Positions 1 to 11,806 of a DNA stretch of 64,000 bases are shown here, piece by piece (the first letter of the stretch is position 1; each line of letters starts with the position of its first letter). The DNA lies in NCBI GenBank assembly GCA_964016885.1, contig OZ024763.1, positions 15,314,001 through 15,378,000 of the forward strand, read 5' to 3'. Position numbers and translations under genes: made by a program. Below the pieces are notes generated by a model. The model saw nothing but the letters and a program-made list of their open reading frames with translations, had not been told where the DNA came from and searched no databases. The stretch is from Eledone cirrhosa. Its lineage: Eukaryota.

Positions 1-98
1 GATGCTGTGCTGAATAGGACCCATCCAACCCTTGCAAGCAGGGAAAAGCAGACGTAAAATGATGATGCCGATATATATAAATATAATATATATAATAT

Positions 99-149
<51 letters not shown>

Positions 150-183
150 TAATATATAATATATATAATATATATAATATATA

Positions 184-215
<32 letters not shown>

Positions 216-808
216 ATATATATAGGCATCATCATTTTACGTCTGCTTTTCCCTGCTTGCAATATATAATATATAATATATATATATATATAAATATATA
301 TAAAATATATATATATATATATAAATATATATATATAAAATATATATATATATAAAATATATATATATATATAAATATATATATAAAATATATATATATA
401 AAATATATATATATATATATAATATATATATATAAAATATATATATATATAAAATATATATATAAAATATATATATATATAATATATAATATATATAATA
501 TATATATAAAATATATATATATATAAAATATATATATAAAATATATATATATATAATATATATATATATAATATATATATATATAATTTATATTATATAT
601 ATAATATATATAATATATATATATATATATAATATATATATATAATATGGAGGAAGTTATAGTTTACTTGAAGCATTGTGTAATGAGGTATAAACGTTTG
701 TAGATGTATAATAAAGCCAAAACAATGCAGGTATGGGCATAGAATAAAGAATGCAAATGCAAAAGATATTGTTGACAATTAGTCTTTTACCTTAGATTTA
801 TTTAAATG

Positions 809-846
809 TTCTTAATTTTCGAGATAATATCTCTTCTTCAGAGGGA
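809..846 (-). ncRNA. Minimal type I hammerhead motif (degenerate stem I) in fold-back element 689-1044
   Basis: Minus strand: ccct-CTGAAGA-agagat/att/atctc-GAAA-at-TA-ag.., followed by aataaa. Arms 689-828 and 905-1044 are inverted copies. Confidence 0.55.
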
Positions 847-1629
847 AGTAAAGCGGTTAAACCAGTGTTCTAAATAGTTTTCCAAGGCATGACTTGGCAA
901 ACTAATTATCTCGAAAATTAAGGACATTTAAATAAATCTAAGGTAAAAGACTAATTGTCAACAATATCTTTTGCATTTGCATTCTTTATTCTATGTCCAT
1001 ACCTGCATTGTTTTGGCTTTATTATACATATACAAACGTTTATATATAATATAATATATATAATATATATATATATATAAAATATATATATATATAATAT
1101 ATATATAATATATATATATATAATATATATAATATATATATATATATATAATATATATATAATATATATAATATAAAATATATTCAGGTTTGAGGTTCAC
1201 CACTGTATAGAGCTGGTCTATTCCGTATGGTCAATCGTAATGCAATAATATAGAGAGTACTCAACGTAAAGCAGTTCAACCGTCTTTGTTTTTGTAGTTG
1301 GTGGTGCTATTACGGAGTTAAATATTATAATGGAATGACAGGAGGCTGGATTTGTGTAAATCCTTGAAAGGTTTATTATACTATGATCATTTCAATGACC
1401 GGGTTCCGTATGAATCCGGTGATATCATCAGGTATTCGAAATATAATACGTGAATGTAATAGGTAAAATCCATGGGGCTGAAAATCGAGACCCGAGGGCG
1501 ACCGCTATTCTGTTCCTTCACCCTCAGGGCGACCGGCTGAGGTTGAAGGAACAGAATAGCGGTCGCCCTCGGGTCCTCGATTTTCAGCCCCATGGATTTT
1601 ATCTATTACATTCACATATTATATTTCGA

Positions 1630-1687
1630 ATACCTGATGATATCACCGGATTCATACGGAACCCGGTCATTGAAATGATCATAGTAT
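1630..1687 (+). ncRNA. Type I hammerhead motif, family H1 (inverted copy at 1378-1435 on minus strand)
   Basis: atac-CTGATGA-(stem II ..accgg..ccggt..)-GAAA-t-gatc-a-TA-gtat, then aataaa. Palindromic GATC loop 3. Lies in a perfect-like fold-back, 1323-1527/1537-1742. Confidence 0.75.
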
Positions 1688-1908
1688 AATAAACCTTTCA
1701 AGGATTTACACAAATCCAGCCTCCTATCATTTTATTATAATATGATATATATATATAATATATATATATAATATAATATATATATAATATATATATATTA
1801 TATACAAATAAAAGACAGAGTTAATAACTCATATTGATACCCTGTAATTAACGTGGTATTTCAACCCTCGGAATTTTAGACACACGATTTACTGTGTTTA
1901 TTACTACA

Positions 1909-2045
1909 TATATATATATATTTAATATATATATATATAATATATATACATATATATATAATATATATATATATATATAATATATATATATATAATATAT
2001 ATATATATATATAATATATATATATATAATATATATATATATATG

Positions 2046-2085
<40 letters not shown>

Positions 2086-2162
2086 TATATATATATAATA
2101 TATATATATATATATAATATATATATATATATATAATATATATATATATATATAATATATAT

Positions 2163-2221
<59 letters not shown>

Positions 2222-2236
2222 ATATATATATATAAT

Positions 2237-2295
<59 letters not shown>

Positions 2296-2328
2296 TATAT
2301 ATAATATATATATATATGTAATATATAT

Positions 2329-2360
<32 letters not shown>

Positions 2361-3145
2361 ATATATATATATATATAATATATATATATATGTAATATAT
2401 ATATATATATATAATATATATATATATATATAATATATATATATAATATATATATATATATATAATATATATATATATAATATATATATATAATATATAT
2501 ATATAATATATATATATATAATATATATATATAATATATATATATATAATATATATATATAATATATATATATATAATATATATATATAATATATATAAT
2601 ACATATATATATAATATATAATATATATATATAATATATAATATATATATATAATATAAATATATAATATATATATAAAATATATATAATATATATATAA
2701 AATATATATAATATATATATATATATAATATATAATATATATATATATATATAATATATAATATATATAATATATATATAATATATAATATATATATATA
2801 TAATATATACATATATAATATATATATATATAATATATACATATATAATATATATATATAATATATAATATATATATATATATAATATATATATAATATA
2901 TAATATATATATATATATAATATATATATAATATATAATATATATATATATAATATATATATATATATAATATATATATATAATATATATATATATAATA
3001 TATATATATAATATATATATATATAATATAATATATATATATATAATATATATAATATATATATATATAATATATATATATATAATATATATATATATAA
3101 TATATATATATATAATATAATATATATATATATAATATATATATA
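1909..3145. repeat. (TA)n-derived microsatellite tract; similar tracts at 70-650, 14245-15085, 15245-15820, 61745-63187 and 63610-64000
   Basis: Interrupted TA, TA/CA and TA/TG compound repeats. Confidence 0.97.
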
Positions 3146-3332
3146 AAATGTTTAACCCCGATGGCAGAGCTCAAGGTGTTTCGACGGCTATTTCTGGACT
3201 AGAAATACCCTTCGAAATGGCTTGAGCTCTGCCGTCGGGGTTAAACATTTTCCTATTACACACTCTACTACCTTAAGTATTGAGTACTCTGGTGCATTAT
3301 GGTCCATCTGGTTCCTTACCACACCTCCTTCA
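3143..3332. mobile_element. Fold-back element with the 3' half of a hammerhead, family H5 (related copies 3920-4182, 16298-16450, 45965-46070)
   Basis: GAAA-(c/t)ggct/tgagctc/(a/t)gcc-GTC-gggg gives an extended stem III and GUC triplet. CUGAUGA is replaced by the reverse complement of the 3' arm. Confidence 0.55.
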
Positions 3333-3349
3333 TTATATATATATATAGT

Positions 3350-3690
3350 ATGGAGGCACATGGCGTAGTGGTTAGAGCATTGGCCTTGCAATCGAAAGGT
3401 TGTGAGTTCAATTCTCAGACTGGGTGATGTGTTGTTTCCTTGAGCAAGACACTTTATTTCACATTGCTCCAGTTTACTCAACTGTAGAAATGAGATGATA
3501 GGGACTGGGGTCCCTATCATTCCACTGCAAAGTGGACGTGTAGGCGCCACTGCAAAAAAGCACCCAGCACTCACTGTAAATGAGGTTGGTGTTAGGAAGG
3601 GCATCCAGCTGTAGAAATCAAGCCAAAATCAGTTCCCGTCCCACCCTTGCAAGCAGGGAAAAGCGGACGTAAAATGAAATGAAATGAAAT
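3350..3690 (+). mobile_element. SINE family A (tRNA-derived head, CORE-like body, RTE-derived tail). Other copies: 12981-13316+, 40435-41180+, 46078-46408-, 46460-46790+, 48500-48825+, 59405-59745+, 59881-60222-, partial 63198-63330+
   Basis: A box TGGC(G/T)TAGTGG, B box GAGTTCAATTC, CCTTGAGCAAGACACTT body and GGAAGGGCATCCAGC..GGACGTAAAA(TGA)n tail. Copies are near-identical. Confidence 0.9.
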
Positions 3691-3887
3691 GATAGTTATG
3701 TAATAAACAACATAAGATAATTATTTCATTTACCAGTGGTTTCTTGAAAGCAAACAAATCTGCTTTTAGTCATCAGAATGAAAAAATCCTGGTGTTTTTA
3801 TTGAATGTTGTTTATTACATAACTATTAAGCTCTGTAACCTACATAGAGCACTCTTTTTTCCTGGACCTTTCCGACGGAATTACTTC

Positions 3888-3918
<31 letters not shown>

Positions 3919-4179
3919 GCGAAGGAAATGTGGTAAGGAACCAGGTGGACCATAACGCACCAAAGTACTCAATACTTAGGGTAGTAGAGTGGGTAATAGG
4001 AACAAGTAAGACCCCGACGGCTGAGCTCAAGCCGTTTCGACGGCTAATTCTGTACAGAATTCGTTATATATATATATAGTATGGAGGCACATGGCATAGT
4101 GGTTAGAGCATTGGCTAATTCTGAGTACAGAATTAGCCGTCGAAACGGCTTGAGCTCAGCCGTCGGGGTCTTACTTATT

Positions 4180-4252
<73 letters not shown>

Positions 4253-4448
4253 TCATCATCACCGTTTTACGTCCATTTTTGTACGCTAGCATGCGCTAGA
4301 CAAGTTTTCTTGTTGTGGTCAGGTGACCATGTCTTGCTCATACAAGACTGATTTTATATATATAAAATTTATATATATATGTGTGTGTGTAAATGCATAT
4401 ATATGTGTGTGTGTGCACATGTATATGTATATATAAATATGTATATAC

Positions 4449-4572
4449 CTGGTCCCAGGAACATCCATTCATCCCCTGCTAATCTCTTTTTATTGTCCTC
4501 ATCAAGAAAGTCAATGTTTGCTGTCAACCTGAGTCCAGAGTTTGCCTTCACCACCTGTAGAGCTGTAATATT
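4449..4572 (-). CDS. MVP: Major vault protein, coding exon 3 (gene continues left of the window)
   Basis: ccttccAG acceptor and GTATAT donor. Reads NITALQVVKANSGLRLTANIDFLDEDNKKRLAGDEWMFLGPG, containing the MVP repeat signature AGDEW.F.GPG. Confidence 0.95.
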
Positions 4573-5276
4573 CTGGAAGGAATACAGAGAACAGAGAGTT
4601 ATATCTATATACTACTAAAACTCTGTGGTTGTGTGATTGTTTGTAATTTAATACAGCCAAAAGGGCGCATAATGGAAAAATACTTTGACAGGAAGTTGCC
4701 CCTGAAATGGGAATACAAATAGAATAAAACAAGTTTTGCGTAAATCGGACCACGGGTTCCTGAGATATGTGGTTTTGCTGGGTACCTTCATAAACAGAGA
4801 GAAAGAGACAAAGCAGTACACTGGCGCATAGAAGTGACTGGAGAAGGAAATAAAGGAAGCAGATGTACAAGACAAGTTTACATACACATCTTCACCTTCA
4901 TCAGCTCCCAAAACAGCAAAATAGTTTCACACAATTTAATTGAGAGTACCATTTTAAAAATACTGGTTTGTGTAATGGAAAAAAATAAATCTTTCTGCTA
5001 GTGTGATGTGTGTGTAATAAAACAAACAGGAGAGATAGACAGGCAGACTTATTAGGGGGCATTCAGGCCTTAGATAAAGGAGCCTGTTTGAAAAATATAT
5101 TGCAGTCTCTATCTCATGTTGTAATATCTGATGATGGGTCTACAATCTGTCCTGGGAGGTGTTGGATGGACACACAAAGATTGCATATCCTCTTTAAAAT
5201 GGCTAGTTTTGTTCTAAATAACCTGAGCTGGTTTTGTCCAGAGCTGGTCTGAAAATGGGTTATGTCTGTTATATAC

Positions 5277-5472
5277 CTGTTTAATTTTCTCTCCAGGGTA
5301 TAGAGGAAAAGGACTCTGTGTGAAGCGAATTTCTTCATCACCGTGAAGCAGCTCAGCTTGCCCATACTTATCATAGCAGACGATTTGATCTTTGTCATAT
5401 TTCACAGGGTTTATGATGATGCAGAAATGCCTTGGAGGAATAGTCATCATGTTAATTGGAGGTAGGACAATT
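5277..5472 (-). CDS. MVP: Major vault protein, coding exon 2
   Basis: tttgccAG acceptor and GTATAT donor. Reads (K)IVLPPINMMTIPPRHFCIIINPVKYDKDQIVCYDKYGQAELLHGDEEIRFTQSPFPLYPGEKIKQ, colinear with MVP (VPPRHYC..NPV...GQVRLRHAD.EIRL.QDPFPLYPGE). Phases 2/0 fit the neighbouring exons. Confidence 0.95.
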
Positions 5473-5924
5473 CTGGCAAAGAAAAAAAATATATATGTAT
5501 ATATTTATAGAGAATTATAGTAGTATTCAGTTTCCATTAGTGTAATCAATTATTTTAGAGTGATTATGTAACAAGAAACTGAAGCCGCTTACAATAGTGT
5601 TTTATTCAATGGTCAAATTATTTTGTTTCGTAAATCCTGTGGAAGTTCCGCTATAAGTTCCAGATGTAACAATTTACGAAGTATATAGAGAAATTTACAA
5701 ATCTTATTATTTATAACACCACATTCCAGAAGAGTGGGAATATCATTTATTGCATAACACTGACACATGTTTCTTTCTATGTGTTATATAATCAGTCTAG
5801 AATCGCTAATATTTGATTCCTTCAATCAAATTAAATCAAATCAAACTTCTCAAAAAATTATATGTAGACACAACAAATTTTCAAAGTTGAATATATTTAT
5901 ATATATTATGAAGGCACATGGCTT

Positions 5925-6480
5925 TGTGGTATTGGGTGTGTTTTATTGTAGCACCAGCACTACTACTTTACAGAGAGTACTGGGTGCATTTTATTGTAGC
6001 ACAAGCACTACCACATGACAGGTTTTATCACATCAACACTACCACTTAATAGAGTGTACTGTGTTTATTTTACTATAATACCAGCACAGCCATTTCATAG
6101 AGTGTATTGGGTGTATTTTACCATGATACCAGCACTAGCACTTTACAGGGTGTACTGGGTGCATTTTGTCACAGCACCAGTATTAATTACCACCTTACAA
6201 AATATACTGAGTATATTTTATAATGGCCCCAGCACTAGCACTTTACAGAGTGTACTGGGTGTATATTAACATGGCATCATGACTGCCAGTTTATAGAGTG
6301 TACTGTGTACATTTTATTATGGCACCAGCACTACCACTTTACAGAGTGTACAGGGTGTATTTTATCATGACACTAGCACTACCATTTTACAATGTGTACT
6401 GGGTATATTTTATTGTGATACCAGCACTAACACTTTACATAGTGTACCAGGTGTATTTTATCACAAACTAGCACTACAGA
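5925..6480. repeat. Degenerate ~45-bp tandem array in MVP intron, derived from the LINE/SINE tail module
   Basis: CTTTACAGAGTGTACTGGGTG(C/T)ATTTTATT.TGGCACCAGCACTACCA resembles the reverse complement of the 40610/52800 module. Confidence 0.7.
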
Positions 6481-6882
6481 TGTGGAAGGTTTTTAGATTA
6501 ATATAAATCTTTTAATACCATATTTCTAATGAAAACCATTGTCTGAAAATTTCAAATCATTTTGAATATACTCAAGAATTTAGAGGTATTTAGTAATATA
6601 ACTTTCTCAAAACCAACCCTTTAGCATTTACATTACTCTATATATATACTATTGTATTTTCATGGTAAAGGCTTTATATCTGAACTTCATTTGAATATAT
6701 AAAATTTAATTAGCGTAAAATTTTACTTATGTGATAGGGTCCGGGAGAGGGACCATAAGCAATTTATGCTCCTTTAAGAATCAACAAATGTTGGTCTGTC
6801 CCCGTCACACTTTTAAGGCAAACAAGGCCCCCCGCTTCTGCCCCACTCCAAAAAGTGTTAATAGAAAACATTCGGTACTTAC

Positions 6883-7043
6883 TTTTCATTTTCCTGTCGG
6901 ATATAGGTCTTTGGACCAATCACAACACGGGTTACATTGGTGTTTTGGTCAATTACATGAAGGTAAAAGTAAGGGGGAATTCGGTTGAGCATACAGTCTT
7001 CCATTCCTGAAGTTGTCTTGGCTTTCTTTTCTGCAGCAGACAT
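6883..7043 (-). CDS. MVP: Major vault protein, first coding exon (exon acceptor at 7068, ATG at 7043)
   Basis: Translates [53 protein letters not shown], matching the MVP N-terminal repeat (RIPPYHYIHVLDQN...[11 protein letters not shown]). Acceptor ttattccAG upstream, GTAAGT donor after 6883, phase 2. Confidence 0.95.
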
Positions 7044-7087
7044 ACCAGAGGGAGGTGAAAATCGTTTCCTGGAATAACAAACCAAAG

Positions 7088-7763
7088 AGTAGTAGTAGTA
7101 GTAGTAATGGTAGTGGTGGTGGTGGTGGTGGTGGTGGTGGTGGTGGTGGTGGTGGTGGTGGTAGTAGTGGTGGTGGTGGTGGTGGTGGTAGTAATGGTGG
7201 TGGGGGTGGTAGTAGTAGTGGTGGTGGTGGTGGTGGTGGTAGTAGTAGTGGTGGTGGTGGTGGTGGTGGTAGTAGTGGTGGTGGTGGTGGTGGTGGTAGT
7301 AGTGGTGGTGATAGTAGTAGTAGTAGTAGTAGCAGCAGCAGTGGTAATAATGGTGGTGTTAGTGGTAATAGTAGTGGTAGTGGTGGTGGTGGTGGTGGTG
7401 GTGGTAGTAGTAGTGGTGGTGGTGGTGGTGGTGGTAGTAATGGTGGTGGGGGTGGTAGTAGTAGTGGTGGTGGTGGTAGTAGTAGTGGTGGTGGTGGTGG
7501 TGGTGGTAGTGGTGGTGGTGGTGGTGGTAGTAGTGGTGGTGGTGGTGGTGGTGGTAGTAGTGGTGGTGATAGTAGTAGTAGTAGTAGTAGTAGCAGCAGC
7601 AGTGGTAATAATGGTGGTGTTAGTGGTAATAGTAGTGGTGGTGGTGGTGGTGGTAGTAGTAGTGGTGGTGGTGGTAGTAGTGGTGGTGGCGGTGGTAGTA
7701 GTAGTAGTAGTGGTGGTGGTGGTGGTGGTGGTAGTAGCGGTGGTGGTGGTGGTGGTAGTAGTG

Positions 7764-7821
<58 letters not shown>

Positions 7822-8040
7822 CAGTGGTAATAATGGTGGTGTTAGTGGTAATAGTAGTGGTAGTTTTGGTGGTAGTAACAGCTGTGGTATTGGTGGTAGT
7901 AGTGGTGGTGGTAGTAGTGGTGGTGGTGGTGCTGGTAGTAGTAGTGGTGGTGGTGATAGTAGTAGTAGTAGTAGCAGCAGCAGCAGTGGTAATAATGGTG
8001 GTGTTAGTGGAAGTTTTGGTGGTAGTAGCAGTTGTGGTAT

Positions 8041-8071
<31 letters not shown>

Positions 8072-8082
8072 GGCAGTAGTTA
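7088..8082. repeat. (GGT/AGT)n triplet low-complexity tract upstream of the MVP acceptor
   Basis: Nearly continuous GGT/AGT triplets with duplicated sub-blocks. Confidence 0.95.
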
Positions 8083-8529
8083 CTGAAAGGGTGTTGTTTG
8101 AGCTGAAATAGTTGCTATGTAAGTATATATATTTACAAACCACCGCTACCACCACCTACACACCCTAACCACACCACCACCTACACACCCTAACCACACC
8201 ACCACCTACACACCCTACGCACCATAACCACACCACCACCTACACACCATAACCACACCACCACCACCACCACCACTGCTGCTGCCACATCACCTCTCCG
8301 CCACCACTGCCACACCACCACCTACACACCCTAACCACACCACCACACCTCCATCACCCTGCCGCTGCCACCACCACCACCACCACGATATACACCCCAC
8401 CCCCGCCGCCACAACGTTATCCACCCCCTCCTCATCTCCATATTGTTTACAAGCTGATTTGTATCAGTTCAGACATGTTCCAGTGTCCATTGGCAACGCT
8501 TCACTGACTCGACCTACTGACAATATAAG

Positions 8530-9125
8530 TTATAACTATAGACAACAGATCCTATAACTATAGGCAATAGATCCAATAACTATAGGCAATAGATGCTATA
8601 ACTACAAGCAACAGATCCTATAACTATAGACAATAGATCCAATAACTATAGGCAATAGATCCAATAACTATAGGCAATAGATCCTATAACTATAGGCAAT
8701 AGATCCAATAACTATAGACAATAGATCCAATAACTATAGCCAATAGATGCTATAACTATAAGCAACAGATCCTATAACTATAGACAACAGATCCTATAAC
8801 TATAGACAACAGATCCTATAACTATAGGCAATAGATCCAATAACTATAGGCAATAGATGCTATAACTATAAGCAACAGATCCTATAACTATAGATAACAG
8901 ATCCTATAACTATAGGCAACAGATCCTATAACTATAGGCAATAGATCCAATAACTATAGGCAATAGATGCTATAACTATAAGCAACAGATCCTATAACTA
9001 TAAACAACAGATCCTATAACTACAGGTAATAGATAGGCATTATAAGCTAAAACTATAGGCCATATATTCTACAACTATAGGCAATAAATAGATCCTATAA
9101 CTATACGCAAAGGGACTTATAACTA
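8530..9125. repeat. 21-22 bp minisatellite
   Basis: AGATCCTATAACTATAGGCAAT and variants. Confidence 0.9.
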
Positions 9126-9355
9126 TTATGGAGCTTCAATGAGTGACAAGATTGCCCTATGAAATAGAGACAGTGTACCCTTAACATAAGTCATAAATGT
9201 CTATACATGCATATATATAACTACTTACATATATATATATATATATATATACATGCACACACATATATATGTGTATGTAAAAGGTAAACAGAAATAACAA
9301 AACACAGTACATGGAAGAAATATATTAGTTTAACACTTGAAATAGCAGCAAGAGA

Positions 9356-9392
9356 TTCTTAACGTTTTGGACACTAGTCCTTCATCAAAAGA
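9356..9392 (-). ncRNA. Decayed minimal hammerhead motif
   Basis: Minus strand: ..ct-TTGATGA-aggac/tagt/gtcc-AAAA-cg-TA-agaat. Two core substitutions, probably inactive. Confidence 0.45.
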
Positions 9393-9505
9393 TAGAGTTA
9401 GAAATAGAAGATAAATGGAAAGTAAAGAGTGATGAGTGGAAGAAACTGGGAAAATAAGAAAAAAATTGGGGAGAAAAAAAAACACGTGTATCCAGTCGGC
9501 CATAT

Positions 9506-9544
<39 letters not shown>

Positions 9545-9963
9545 CATTTCTGTGGGGAAACAAAATTGATTTGTATCAGCAAACTTATAGTTATAAGGTT
9601 GGTAATTTAAAACTCTACTTCAGAGATTTGATTCTGACTTAGTTTTTTTTCTATTTAATTGCTAAACCTGTAGATATTGTTCTCTATACAGTAACGGTAA
9701 AAAATCACTTGTAATAATTCTTTACACACATCTCACTGTGTAACACACTTCTATTTGTGTAATATATTTGTATCTGAGCTCAGAAGAAAATTCTCTATTC
9801 TTCTTTGAGCTAATATTATTATTATTACTGTGAACTGTGGAATACTTTTAATTCCAAACCTAGTATATATATATAATGGAAAAATTTGAACAGGAACAAA
9901 ACAGAGAGGCAGTACAACAAATGTTTATTAATTTCACGCTCTGGAGAGTGGGGTGTTGGTGGG

Positions 9964-9998
9964 GAACGACGTTTCGGGCATAAGCCCTTCCTCAGGTG
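9964..9998 (-). ncRNA. Minimal type I hammerhead motif
   Basis: Minus strand: cac-CTGAGGA-agggc/ttat/gccc-GAAA-cg-TC-gtt. Weak stem I; AATAAA downstream. Confidence 0.6.
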
Positions 9999-10119
9999 AG
10001 AAGTGTGTGGGAACAGAGTTCAAAGGGTGTGTAGGGGAGTGGTGGAGAGACATATAGCGAAAGGAAACGGTATATATATATATAAGAATAAATCAAAAGA
10101 TGGTTAGAAAAGTTCCATG

Positions 10120-10190
10120 TATTTTATTATGCGCATTTCAAAAACTAATATCATCCAAGGACGAAATTTGCGTTCTCATCAGATAAAATA
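10120..10190 (-). ncRNA. Type I hammerhead motif, family H2-related
   Basis: Minus strand: tattttat-CTGATGA-(stem II)-GAAA-t-gcgc-a-TA-ataaaata. Perfect 8-bp stem I and palindromic GCGC loop 3. Confidence 0.75.
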
Positions 10191-10311
10191 GGGAGGCATG
10201 ATATGAAGCTTAAAAAAGACACTTGTGAGTAAGGTAGTGTCTAAACAACATATTTTATGTTTTATTGTGCTACAATAAAACTCACCTCCTACATATATAT
10301 ATATATATATA

Positions 10312-10700
10312 TAGTTTCTACTTTTGACACAAGACGACCGATTACCCCAGTGCATGACCGGTACTTTATTTTATCGACCCCCGTAATGATGAAAGGCAAA
10401 GTTAACCTCGGCGGGATTTGAACTCAGAATGGAAAGGGCCGTAACTCTATGCTAGAAAGCATGGCGTCCGACCCTCTACCGATACTGCCAATCCACCGCA
10501 ATAATATAATAATATAATTGTTTCTACGTTAGGCACAAGGCCAACAATTACCCAGCACATTACTGGTACTTTATTTTATCGACCCCGTAAGGATGAAAGG
10601 CAAAGTTAACCTCGGCGGGATTTTGAACTCAGATCGTAAAGAGACGTAACTATGCTAGAAAGCATGGCGTCCAACCCTCTACCGATACTGCCAATTCACC
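10312..10700 (-). mobile_element. SINE family B, two tandem copies. Others at about 12296-12570-, 27045-27205+, 27980-28180-, 33550-33710+, 36828-37008+, 54030-54185-, 57575-57780+, 60788-61050+, 61452-61636+
   Basis: GGATTGGCAGTATCGGTAGAG head, B box GAGTTCAAATCC, body GGTTAACTTTGCCTTTCATCCTTACGGGGTCGATAAAATAAAGTACC, end GTAGAAACAATTA. Confidence 0.85.
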
Positions 10701-11769
10701 ATAATGTAATATAATATAGTGCATTATGGTACATTGTATATAGTATAGCGTATGATGTATCATAAAATATAAAATAGTAAATATTTTCAAGTGGGTCTAT
10801 GTATAAGTAATCAATCCCAGATAAATGCATGTTGACATATAGCCAAAACGCATAATTTTCTTAGATCACAAAAGTACATATACTCACATATATAGATAGA
10901 GGTATAATTACATAGATACTCCATTAAAAACTTACATACGCATACATAGATATATACATACACATATACATACATACACGCACACATACATATATATATA
11001 TACATACATATACATATATATATATATATACACAGACATACATATATATATATACATACACATACATGTACATACACATACACACACACATACACATATA
11101 CACACATATATATATATATTCTCTTATCATACATACATAGATACATGTATACCCATGCAATTACAGGTGGGTATGTACCTTGATTCCCTTAGTCAGTAAC
11201 GCATGAATAAATGGAAGCTAAAAAAATTAAAAGGTTGAAAAATTAACAGGAAGGCGTATAATTAGGAGAAGGGGATACTAACAAAAAGGTACGTCACATA
11301 GAACTATAGTGAGCTGCTATTTAGAATGTTTAATTAGGTTCATAGTACTTAAATTTTTTTCGTATACGGTGATTACAAGCTATAATCAGTTCTTATCTAT
11401 ATATATATATATATATATATGACGAATGCAAGAAAGTTTTCCAGGGAAGTTGGCCAGGATTTTTTTTAAATCTCCTCACCAAAGTTAACAAAGAACTTAC
11501 TAGATTTACAAAACCAAATTGTAAAATCATATTATAAAATTAAATTAAATTGTTTAGAACTATAAGTAAAGTCATTCTTTTCCTTTTTGTTTAATATATA
11601 TATATCATCATCATCATCGTTTAACGTCCATATTGTCCATATTCCACGCTTGCATGGGTTTGGACGGGAGTTTTCCCACTTGAGGCAAGAGTGGTTGTCT
11701 TGCTCGCATAGGACTGTCTGGCGGGTTTTCTACAGCTGGATGCCCTTCCTAACACCAACCACATTTACA

Positions 11770-11806
<37 letters not shown>

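Noticed and set aside
1876-3174. Long Ile/Tyr (and Val/Cys/His/Thr) ORFs here and at 14-16 kb, 25 kb, 54.3 kb, 57 kb and 61.7-63.9 kb
   Set aside because: Translations of (TA)n/(CA)n/(TG)n microsatellites; no splice or domain evidence.
3350-3425. tRNA gene or vault RNA near MVP
   Set aside because: A/B boxes belong to multi-copy SINE heads that continue into SINE bodies; no cloverleaf with terminator or vault-RNA-like unit was recognisable.
6953-8155. Poly-Thr, poly-Gly/Ser and poly-Val ORFs (also 60163-60785 and 44640-45135)
   Set aside because: Triplet low-complexity tracts; the real MVP exon starts at the acceptor at 7068.
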